Part shown: one piece after another, positions 49,759 through 59,961 of the stretch
How positions within the stretch are numbered: position 1 is the first letter of the stretch
Layout: every line of letters starts with the position of its first letter
Assembly: GCA_001600815.1 (NCBI GenBank)
Contig: BCKZ01000008.1
Span: forward strand, 682,001 to 746,000
Direction of reading: 5' to 3'
Length of the DNA stretch: 64,000 nucleotides
Source of the DNA: Alloascoidea hylecoeti
Lineage: Eukaryota
Program-made: the position numbers and the translations under genes
Notes under the pieces: model-generated
Databases searched by the model: none
Told to the model about the DNA's origin: nothing
What the model saw: only the letters and a program-made list of their open reading frames with translations

Positions 49759-52700
49759 TTATTGTTGACTACAAGCAGCAACCATATCAACAAGACGTCT
49801 TAAACCTGGCATCCATTTACCACACTCTTCAGTTTTATCTGTTGAAATCCTTAAAACTATAGACTTTGCATCTCTGAAGTTTTCAACTTGAAGTTCATTT
49901 ACAAGAGTCAATAAATCTTGAATTGTAGAATGAGTCAAGAGGTCTTCATTATTCAAATGATCAAATAAAATATGTAATCTTCTTTCTGTGTCTTTCAATT
50001 GACGGCTGTGTTGCTCTGGGATTATTGGTTTAATACGTTCCAATTGAGCATCGAGAAGATGAAAAATTGGTAATGCATTTTCAGGTATATGTGACCGATC
50101 CCCATCTGGATACTTTGGCTTGACAGGTTCTGGAGGTGGTGAGACTGATCTTGGAATAGATGCTTGCCTAATATGCCCTGGTTGTGGAATTGGAGATCTT
50201 GGTGGGGCTGAAACCACAGGAGCATAACCTTTCAAGTTCAAATTTTGTGGCGGAGATTGTCGACTAACAGAAGAACGTCCTGGTGGTGGCGGATGAGGTG
50301 CGGCTTGACTGAATCCTGTTTGATAGTTGGATCCATTGGGTGCGTAAGCTCCACCTCCGATAGCATTACCGGCAGAAGATGAAGGACGTCGGGGAGCATA
50401 TGGTGAATTTGTTCTTTGTGGAGCACTATAATTGTTTATTGGAGATGCAACACGGGGTCCATAAGGATTGGTTTGAGGTGGAGGAGTATACCTAGAACTA
50501 GGTGAGTTAAATTGATTAGCAAATTGCTGTAGTGGCTGTTGAACAGGAGGTGCATATGGGTTCACCGGTGGCGGTGGCATAACTGGTTGTGATGTTTCAG
50601 TGCCTGATCTTTCTCTATTATAACTAGGTGCTCTTCCTCCAGTTGGTGGTGGTGGTCTAATTGATGGTGTGTGTCTTCCATTATGGGAAGTTGGACCAGC
50701 AGCAAAGGGAGGTGAAGCTGGTGTAGATACACTAACAGCTGCTGGAGCTGGTGTTGCTCTTCTGCTATTTGATGCTGGGAGAGCATTAGGTAAGTCATTC
50801 CAACCAGCACCATTATCCTTCTTTTTAAAACTTGGGGGATGAGATGAAGCAGAAGCAGGTCTACCAGGAGGTTTATTGATACTGTTAATGGCAGATGGTG
50901 GGGGTACTATTGAAAACCCAGATGGTGGTGGAGGTTGATGATACTGAGCTTGTTTTGTGGGCTGTTGGTATGGATTTGACGATGTTACCGGTGGTTGATA
51001 ATTGTTACTAGGGGGAATGTTTCCAACAGAATATGGATTGGAAGCATTAGCAGTAGAAATTGGCTGATATGGATTGGAGGGAACTGTAGTGGGCTGTGGC
51101 GGTATACTTGGAGCCTTTTGTGCAGCTGGGAATTCGGAAACTTGAGCTGGTGCGTTATATCGTGAATAGCTAGTCTTGGGTCCTGTAGATCGTGTTGACT
51201 TCTTAGCAATAGGAGAAGTTCTATCACTAGAGGTTGAAGCCACAACTGGTCTAATACCACTTGCTCTTGCAATTCTTTCCTTTTCTAATTTAACTTCTGC
51301 ATTTTCTGATGGAAGTAGATTAAGGAACAAATTCGCCAATTCCAATTCACCTTGGAGTGCAACAGCATCAGCATACTCTTTATAGGCATGATATAATTTA
51401 TCAAATGAATTTGGTTCAACTTCAGTTTCAGATCCTAATAATTTTCTATAAACAGTTGCTTTCTCAATTAATTCTTCCAAAGCTTCGGCATGTGCTGCAG
51501 AAGGTGAAGCGCTTAATTCTGATTGAAGCAACTTTGTTTCATAAGATACAGTTTCTTTTGTCCATAAATCACTTAATTGTTTTGAAGCACCAGCGACGGC
51601 ATATAATAAAACAGCATCATTTCTTGAACTGATAGTATAGTTTGGCTCAGCTAAAATTCTATCTCCAATTTGAGCCAAATATGTTTTAAATTCTTCCTCA
51701 GTTTTAGAAAATGTGGATAAAGCTACAACACAAGATTTCCAATCGTTGATATCACAATTAGCAACCAAATCCTGTAATTTATGATGTGTAATCGTGTATA
51801 CAAGTCTTGAAAATGGAACAGTTTCAATTGTAGACTTGAAGTAAGCAGCTAAAACTCTGTCCTTCAACTTTGGTGATGCAGAACCATTTAAAGCTAAAAC
51901 CAAGGCATCTAAAATTCGATTTTCTTTCAATAAAGAATCAATAGCGGAATCAAAATCACCAACAAGAATAGCACTTGAAATTGCCCTATCGGTTTCAGAA
52001 CCAACAGTGCCATCAATAAGCTTGAAAGATTTAAAATCCGAAATTAAGTCATCTAATTGATCTTCTGGTGATTCCTTTAAGTTTTCAAAAAAGTCAACAT
52101 CTTCTTTATTAGGAGCAAAAGGATCATCTTCCTTGACTGTTTCTGTTTCCTTCTTTTCATCATTTGAAGTTGATGTTAATGCCGATGCTTGCTTTGTATC
52201 TTCATAACCAATTTTATTCTTCAAGTATTCCTTTTTATCTTTAGTATCCAATAATTCAGACAAAATTTCCCAATCGTGTTTACTATCTTCAATTAAATTA
52301 TTTTTTAATCTATGATCAATTATTGATTTAAAATCATTTTCTTTTAAAGCTTTTGCAAAACCTGTAGAGTCAGTTTGTGATTGGGAATCATCAACAAATT
52401 TAGAAATTGATACAGTAGACGTAGAATCACTAGTATTCTTAATTGTAACAATTTTCCCACCAAATCCAAATTTGACACATCCAGATGGTATTAACCATTT
52501 AGGAGTTTGCTGTAATGAAAATTGAGGACCTTGATTTGTCGTTTCAGCAATCGTATTCCAAAATTCAGTACCAGTATCACCATCTGCACCATTAACATCA
52601 GTATTATCCCTTGGTACATTAGAGCTTGTATCCTGTAATGTTCTTACCGAGATTTTACCATCAAATGAGGCACTTGCAAAAACCTGAGGGGTTATTGGAT

Positions 52701-53622
52701 TAAATTTAACTTTGAATGACCAATTAGCAGCCATTGAAAATTCACCCAATTGTTCACCTTGTTCGGGGTTCCATATGAGTGTTTTATTATCTTTTGCACT
52801 TGATAATAATAAATCAGCATCTTTTGAACACCAGTCAATACTAAGGACACCTTTCTCATGACCATTCAAAACTTTATAAGGAGAATGAGAATTTCTCAAA
52901 TCCCAGACTAAAATAAGAGGAGATTGGTCACTCTCTAGAGCAGTTGCTAGTCTTGTAGAATTCTGTGGATGCCACGCGATACTTGAAATGACAGTATTAG
53001 ATTCATCGCCATGGTGTAAATGCAAAATATCTTTCTTTGTTCTTAAATCTTTTATGGATGCGAAACCAGAACCATATGCTAAAATGTTTTCGACAACATT
53101 ATTCCAAGCTAAAGACTGGATTTCATCTAATCTTGATGGTTTCCCTGGAACAATTGGATCTGTAGTCAGGTTGTTGGTGTCCCAGACGAAAATTTCACCT
53201 TTTGAACCTCCAGAAGCAACCAAGCTTTTTTTTGTAGGATGAAATTGCAAGGCCTTAACATTACCAGAATGATTAGAAGCTTTGTAAATAGAGGCACTGG
53301 CTTCATTTTTATTGATTAAAGCACTTGGGTCCCAAAACTCCACGGTTCCATTGTCCATTGCGCCTGCTATGATACCTAACGGCATTGAGGATGATGGTTC
53401 ACTCCAGTCAATAGCATTAAATCTAGCATCAGTGGCAATTGAAGCCTTTGGCTCGGCATCCAATGAAGGATTCAGAAGATCTAGGTCATAAAGACTAAGA
53501 AACGAATCCGAGGAGAAGGTATCATTAACAGCCCCCGACATTGTACCGGTTGCAAGCAAGGGTCTCGTGGACTTTGCCCAAGCAAACGTAGAAGTCGTGT
53601 TCAGCTCTTTTACTTTCACCAT
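49759..53622 (-). CDS. SEC31: COPII outer coat subunit Sec31
   Basis: MVKVKELNTTSTFAW, WD40 propeller, PKWL...FGFGGK, alpha-solenoid, Pro-rich region with GWNDLP, C-terminal KYPDGDRSHIP. Confidence 0.97.
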   Translation of the reverse strand: MVKVKELNTTSTFAWAKSTRPLLATGTMSGAVNDTFSSDSFLSLYDLDLLNPSLDAEPKASIATDARFNAIDWSEPSSSMPLGIIAGAMDNGTVEFWDPSALINKNEASASIYKASNHSGNVKALQFHPTKKSLVASGGSKGEIFVWDTNNLTTDPIVPGKPSRLDEIQSLAWNNVVENILAYGSGFASIKDLRTKKDILHLHHGDESNTVISSIAWHPQNSTRLATALESDQSPLILVWDLRNSHSPYKVLNGHEKGVLSIDWCSKDADLLLSSAKDNKTLIWNPEQGEQLGEFSMAANWSFKVKFNPITPQVFASASFDGKISVRTLQDTSSNVPRDNTDVNGADGDTGTEFWNTIAETTNQGPQFSLQQTPKWLIPSGCVKFGFGGKIVTIKNTSDSTSTVSISKFVDDSQSQTDSTGFAKALKENDFKSIIDHRLKNNLIEDSKHDWEILSELLDTKDKKEYLKNKIGYEDTKQASALTSTSNDEKKETETVKEDDPFAPNKEDVDFFENLKESPEDQLDDLISDFKSFKLIDGTVGSETDRAISSAILVGDFDSAIDSLLKENRILDALVLALNGSASPKLKDRVLAAYFKSTIETVPFSRLVYTITHHKLQDLVANCDINDWKSCVVALSTFSKTEEEFKTYLAQIGDRILAEPNYTISSRNDAVLLYAVAGASKQLSDLWTKETVSYETKLLQSELSASPSAAHAEALEELIEKATVYRKLLGSETEVEPNSFDKLYHAYKEYADAVALQGELELANLFLNLLPSENAEVKLEKERIARASGIRPVVASTSSDRTSPIAKKSTRSTGPKTSYSRYNAPAQVSEFPAAQKAPSIPPQPTTVPSNPYQPISTANASNPYSVGNIPPSNNYQPPVTSSNPYQQPTKQAQYHQPPPPSGFSIVPPPSAINSINKPPGRPASASSHPPSFKKKDNGAGWNDLPNALPASNSRRATPAPAAVSVSTPASPPFAAGPTSHNGRHTPSIRPPPPTGGRAPSYNRERSGTETSQPVMPPPPVNPYAPPVQQPLQQFANQFNSPSSRYTPPPQTNPYGPRVASPINNYSAPQRTNSPYAPRRPSSSAGNAIGGGAYAPNGSNYQTGFSQAAPHPPPPGRSSVSRQSPPQNLNLKGYAPVVSAPPRSPIPQPGHIRQASIPRSVSPPPEPVKPKYPDGDRSHIPENALPIFHLLDAQLERIKPIIPEQHSRQLKDTERRLHILFDHLNNEDLLTHSTIQDLLTLVNELQVENFRDAKSIVLRISTDKTEECGKWMPGLRRLVDMVAACSQQ

Positions 53623-53742
53623 TTTCTCAGTTGATTTCGTATGGTGAAACTAAGATGGTATGAAAATGGAAAGTGTGAGTGGAATCCAAAAGTGGAGGCA
53701 ACTTAACACGTTGCACCTCCATGCATCAACTCACTCAATGAA

Positions 53743-54278
53743 ATGACAGAACAACTGAGGAAAGAAATCGAAAACCTCCAACGCCATCCGGACAAGCAGA
53801 TCATCATTGAAAGGCCGAAGAAAAGAGGTTTGTCTCCTCCACCGGAAATAGTTACAAATGTTCTAGGTAAGTTCTACTTGCACACACTAACATAATCACA
53901 AACAAACTGACCAAGTTTCTAGGCTCTAGTTCCGCGGCTGGATCTGGCGAGTTCCACATTTACAAGCATGCCAGGCGCAAGGAGGCCGAGCGAATGAAGC
54001 GGTTTGAGGAAGAACGGGAAGCTGAGATTGCTGAAAAGGAGTTTGAAGCGAAAAGATCGCAATTAAAACATCTTGAAGACTCCAAAACGGCTAAAAATAG
54101 GAAACGACGACAGAAAAGAATGAAAAATAAATTAAAACCGCAACAGCAACAAAAACAGGACCCTTCTACAACCGGGTCAGCTGAGAGTAAGAACTATAAT
54201 GAAGATCAAAGTGATGTTGAAAATGCCAAAGAGATTACAGTTAAAAATTTAATTATAGAGACGGATGACATAATATAA
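53743..54278 (+). CDS. PRKRIP1 (DUF1168)-like spliceosomal protein, 2 exons (53743-53866, 53923-54278)
   Basis: Intron GTAAGT..CTAAC/CTGAC..TAG joins PPPEIVTNVL/GSSSAAGSGEFHIYKHARRKE; KTAKNRKRRQK downstream. Confidence 0.88.
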
Positions 54279-54572
54279 TCCAACCACCATTCATAGCTAA
54301 TTGTATACGTAATATATTAATGATAACCCCTAATTATTTCTGTCCTAACGTAAAACACGTAGTTGAGAGGCTCCAAATATTAATGTTCCTGAAATAAGAT
54401 CATGACATACAATATAACAATGATATTAAAGAAATAAGCTAAGCTAGCTATGTACTAGGAAAAGAGCAGAGGAAAAAAAAAATAATCATTCGATAGTCAT
54501 CAGTTAAAAACATTTTTAAGTATAAAGCAAAGGCAATAACTTATATAATAATATAAACAAATACATCCTTGG

Positions 54573-57196
54573 TTAATTATCAGGGACAACAATCGTCTGT
54601 GTGGAAATCTTCCCAGTTCCAGATCCAGCCGCAGATCCAGCAGCTTCATTAGTATTTGACACAACTGGTATAGCCGTGACTGGAGAAGGGGTTTGCAGCA
54701 TTCTTCCGGGTATGGATATCGATGGTAATCGTTGTCTTTGAGACAAATGGAGAGTAGATAACGGATTTGTTAACGGACTTGTAATTCCTGTAAGTTCACC
54801 ACTATTAGATATTTGTTGTTGTTGAATTTGATTATTAGAAAATTGAGCAAGATGACTATAACTTGATACTTCTAAAAAAATTGGAATTTCTTTAGTTGCT
54901 TTTGTTAAAGCAGCAATTGATGGTCTAACTTCATTTAATAAAGGTAATTCTTCCATAATTAATTTTGTACATGCCAATATTGTAATGACAAGTTTTAAAA
55001 AATTATTTGTATCTTCCCAAAATAATTTTTTATCATTTATATTTAAATCAAGAATTGAATCCATTTTTTCAATATTTGATAATTTTTTCTTTAAACGTCT
55101 TGTTACTTCCATTGCTGTTAATGATGTTGAAGTTAATTCAGCAATTTTTAAAACTACTGTTGAATTAATTGATTTAATATCAGTATTAGGAGTCGTAGAT
55201 GGTGCTCCTTGTGTTTGAGCATGAGATCTTGAAATTGCAGATTTTGATAATGATTCAGGTAATTTTGCAAAAACAGTTTGAGCGGTTGTGGTTGCGGCTC
55301 GTATACTTTCATATAATTTAGTATCAGTGGCTATAAAATCTTCATATTTTGTTTCAACAGGTGTAGTTGGTTGTTGCATAGAAGTTGAAACTGGAAGACT
55401 CAATAATTGGGGGGATTTTCCAATAGATAAATAACCCGGTAATATAGATTGTAATTGTCGAACTGTACTTTGTTGAGCATGAATAGGTGGAGGATATAAA
55501 GTACACCAAGCATTATGAAATTCATTACATGCACCAAATAATGTCAACAATAAAGTTCGTGTATATCGTATATCCGATCCTTCAGTAAACGTTTTCATAT
55601 GATCTGTTATTGTTGAAATGATTTGTTTAAAAGTACGAATGCATATTTGACAGGCATTTATCATCTGATCGATAATCTGAGACATTATATTCTGTGAATA
55701 ACTAGGATCAACTTTATCAGTTTTTTTCTTTTCTAAAAGTTCTAAAACATCAACTAAATGATCAATTTGAGATTTTGCATTATAAATTAAACCAACCATT
55801 TTAATTGCTAATTTTTTATCAGTACAAAAATTTGTATATTTTCTAATTGATGAATGAATTTGTGAAAAAACATAAAGTAATTTTCTTGAAACATCAATTA
55901 TATTTGTATATTGAATAATATTATGAGGTTGTTGTTGACTTTCACTTAATGTTGATAATCTTTTAAAATATGCACTACTCGAATTTTCACTATCTCCAAT
56001 TATACCATTATTCCTTTCATAATTTGCTCCTGAATCTAATAAACTATCATGTGACATGCCCCTAAAATGATGAGTCTTCCTTTTTGATAATGATGAAATA
56101 TGATTACTTGTAGTCATTGGAGACGATATACTTGTTGTACTTAGATTAGTAGCAGATGAATTAAGGCCAACTAGTGAATTATTATTTGAAGAGTTTGCAA
56201 AAGGAAATCGAGGTAATGGGAGTGGAGGAGGAGGGGAGGATCTTTGAATATTAATAATTGCATCTGTTTCTTCTTGTGTTGGGACAATTGTATTTGAAGT
56301 TATAACGGAATCATTTTGTTTCTTGATAACAAATCCCATTCTTTTAGCTGCTCTAGAAGATACATAACTTTCACTACTACTTCGATGTCTTTGTTCGAGT
56401 GCAGTTCCAGATCTTGAAAAATTAGAAGTAGATGTAGATGTTGATAATGAAGTTTGATGAGACATTGAATGGCTGGGGAAATTAGGATGTGCGGTTGCAG
56501 GCTGATTATTATACCCACGAGAATTTAAAGATGAATCTTGATTATTGTTGGTAGGACCATTTGTATTAAGATTTCCAGCACCAAGTTTTGAATATATTAA
56601 ATCTTGATTATCATGTAAATATTTCTTAATTAATTGTATCCAACCTTCAGGGTTATTTTTAGGTGCTTTTTGATTCGTTATTGATAATGGGGGTAAAATC
56701 AATGGATTATTTTCAACCTCAAGAATTCTTAAATGATTCATTTGTGATATAACTGGTGGTAAATAGATGAATTTATTTGATTTTATTGATAATACTTTTA
56801 AATTTAGTAAAAAACCCATATCTTTTGGCAATGAAGATATCTTATTGAAACTGATATCTAAAATTTCAAGTGATTCACAGGAGCATAACTAAATCAAAAC
56901 AATTAGTTGAGATCTAGAAGAAAGAAAAAAAAAAAGTAAAAAAAACATACAACAGATGGAAATTCAGTGAATTTATTGCCATGAATATCAAGATATCTTA
57001 ATTTCTTTAACATATTAAAGCAATCAGGAAGTGTATTAATCATATTATCTTCTAAAGATAACCTTTCCACTTTTTCCTTCAAGATCTCAATAGCTTCCTT
57101 CGGGATTGCCGTGATTTGGCGTCCACCCAAGTTTATTGCTTCGCCCTTATCTGTGGATCTTTGTAACTCGTCCAGAATTAATTTAGATGTGCTCAT
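54573..57196 (-). CDS. SOG2: RAM-network leucine-rich-repeat protein Sog2, 2 exons (57196-56951, 56888-54573)
   Basis: N-terminal LRRs joined in frame by intron 56950-56889 (GTATGT..ACTAAT..TAG); SRAAKRMGF, YFKRLSTLSE, DIRYTRTLLL motifs. Confidence 0.88.
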
Positions 57197-57365
57197 GATA
57201 TTAAATAGAGAATAATGGAGTGGTGGAGGAATTAAATCAGAACGGGATACCCTTCTTTTATTTTTACCCGGCCCATGACCCTGTTATCTTAGATCTTGGT
57301 TTCTCCTTATGTTTTATAACTCTTCCAACTTCACATATTCCGACTTCCCTGACTTTTACTTCACA

Positions 57366-58224
57366 ATGAGGTATGTGTTTTGGAAATAGGAAAACAGAGA
57401 AAATGGCGATGGGTATGGAAATACGGAATTCCACCGCCGTTTGTTCTTTGTTTGCACTATTATGTTGTGTAACCACACAGGTTCTCCTCATATTCTTCAA
57501 AATTAGTATAATAAACAAACTAGAATTTGGAACTAACGACTTTCTATTAGTTCTCCTAAGCGTAGAATCGAAACCGATGTTATGAAATTGTATGAACTTT
57601 TGTCATTTCATCTTGATGGCCTTTTCTATTTTACATTTCTAACCATAAAAACTAGATTAATGAGCGATTATGATGTCAGTTTGATCGACGATAATCTGTA
57701 AGTTATATTACTCATAAAATGTCGTATACTAAATAACTAACAACTTCCCAAGGCAAGAATTCTACGTTAAATTCCATGGTCCGGAAAATACTCCATTTGA
57801 AGGAGGAACGTGGAAGGTCCATGTTGAACTACCAGATCAGTATCCTTATAGATCACCATCAATAGGATTTCAGAACAAAATATTCCATCCGAATATTGAT
57901 GAGATGAGTGGATCTGTCTGTCTTGATGTTATTAACCAAACGTGGAGTCCGATGTTTGATATGATCAATATATTTGGTGTGTTCTTACCCCAGTTACTAC
58001 GATATCCAAATGCCGCCGATCCACTAAATGGCGAAGCATCCGCGTTGTTACTACGTGATCCAGCTGCTTATGATTCAAAAGTCAAAGAATTTGTGAAAAG
58101 GTATGCCAGTCCAGATGCTTTAGGTAATGGAAGTGGAGATGAGTCGGACGATGATATATTAAGTTCTGTAGGATCATCTGACGATGAAGATGACGATGAG
58201 CCAGCGGGGCAATTAGAAGTTTGA
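57366..58224 (+). CDS. UBC8: Ubiquitin-conjugating enzyme E2 (UBE2H/Ubc8), 4 exons (57366-57370, 57551-57589, 57656-57697, 57753-58224)
   Basis: Spliced product [50 protein letters not shown] with an acidic tail. Confidence 0.92.
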
Positions 58225-58820
58225 TAACTTTTTTTTTGCCCCACTATTTTTCAATATGATACATCAGCTCAGCGTTTTTGTTCCTTTTTCACAAAATATT
58301 CAATGCCTATTTTCTACATAATTATTTTCAATTTTCTTTTCTAAACATTTTTCAAATTTATCTTTATTTTTAATTTTCTGATTATCTGACGTGCTTGGTA
58401 TTATTAGATTAATTTCACAAATCAGCATAAAACGGAAGGGGAAAATGGATCATGATCAGTTTGGGTCTACATCTTATAAATCATTTAACTTTATTTTTGG
58501 GTCTGGAGAGTTTTTGGAGTTATTGTAATTAGTATTGGTTATAATGAATGAATGGATATCGATATGAATAATTGATTATGATCCTTGGTTATGATCGATA
58601 ATTTTAGACAAAAACTTTCCTTTCTTCTTTAATAATAATAAGTAATGTAAGACATTTAGTATGAATAGAAATATATCAAAATAATAGTTATGATTACGAG
58701 TGTATTATCTGAAGTTTTGAGATCCAGAGATATTATGGCAGGCAGGAAGTGTAAGGATGTTTACATTTGACACAAATCTTCAAATTCACCTTTCTTCTAT
58801 CATCATACAATTCAATTCTA

Positions 58821-59671
58821 ATGAACTATAACTTATACAATGAACGTGATTATGAAGTTGATGGCTGGGCTCAAAGAATAGAAGAGAGACTTTCGATTAT
58901 AAACTACATAAAACAGATGTAAGGAACATTTATAGATTTATTTTACTCTTATACAACCCACTAATATATATATATATTGTTCTTATCTAGACATAATGGA
59001 GGTAGTTATATGGCTCATTCTGCATTTATTGAGATTTCACAAGTACAAAGGGCTTATATAGATGAGAATTTCGGTATGAAGTATGTCAATAACGTTTAAT
59101 GTCTGACGCCTAGTTTTTAACTTCTAATTTCTGATATTCATACACTAACCGTTATTATAGTTCAACATATTTATTTCGACTTAGTTATATTCTAGGAGAA
59201 ATTTATGATAAAAAATGTGATAATGTAAAAGAATTCATTACGCTTCTTATTTCATCAATCTACAGTTTAGAAGCATTAAGTCCATCAAATGGTAAAAGAC
59301 CAAGTGTTAAAAATGCTACTAGATTAGCAATAAATAATTTAAAAGGGTTTGAATCAGATTCAATAATTGATGTTAATAAAATTCCATTTTCTAAATTATC
59401 ATTTGAACCAGATTGTTATGAAACAACATCTGTTTTATTGGATATTTTAAAATTAATTTATAGAAAACTTTATGGTTTTATAGAATTAAAAAATAATAAA
59501 AAAGATTTTACGGAAGATATAATATCAAATTTAAGGAAGTTTGACTCAAAAATGATACAGGGTGTTTTAAGTCCAATTATTAATGAGCTAACTAATGTTG
59601 CAACTGAAGTAGCAACTTCTGAACTAATGGATATTGATAGAACTTTCTCCTCTGTTGGTGGAAATATATAA
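58821..59671 (+). CDS. Uncharacterised protein of about 232 aa, 3 exons (58821-58918, 58991-59080, 59161-59671)
   Basis: Two introns (GTAAGG..CACTAAT..TAG; GTATGT..CACTAAC..TAG) join three open exons in frame, ending in the track ORF 59438-59671. Confidence 0.75.
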
Positions 59672-59961
59672 ATAGATATAACTGTCATATTTAGATTTAC
59701 ATACATTTCATTTATATTTAGATTCTACTAAAAGGATCAGTGAAAACAACAGAAGCAATTTCGGAGCCTACGTTCAACCAATGGAAGTAGTCAACTCGTA
59801 CTTTTTGATATATGCAGGTCATCTCGGGCCCTGCATCCCCACAATACGACAAAAAGGGTCTTCTCATTCTAAATATACCCTCATCTCAGCTCTATAAAAA
59901 GAGCGCTCCCTCCCTTTATTGTTCCTCCAAAATCATTCGGCTGAGATTACTTCTATTTGCA

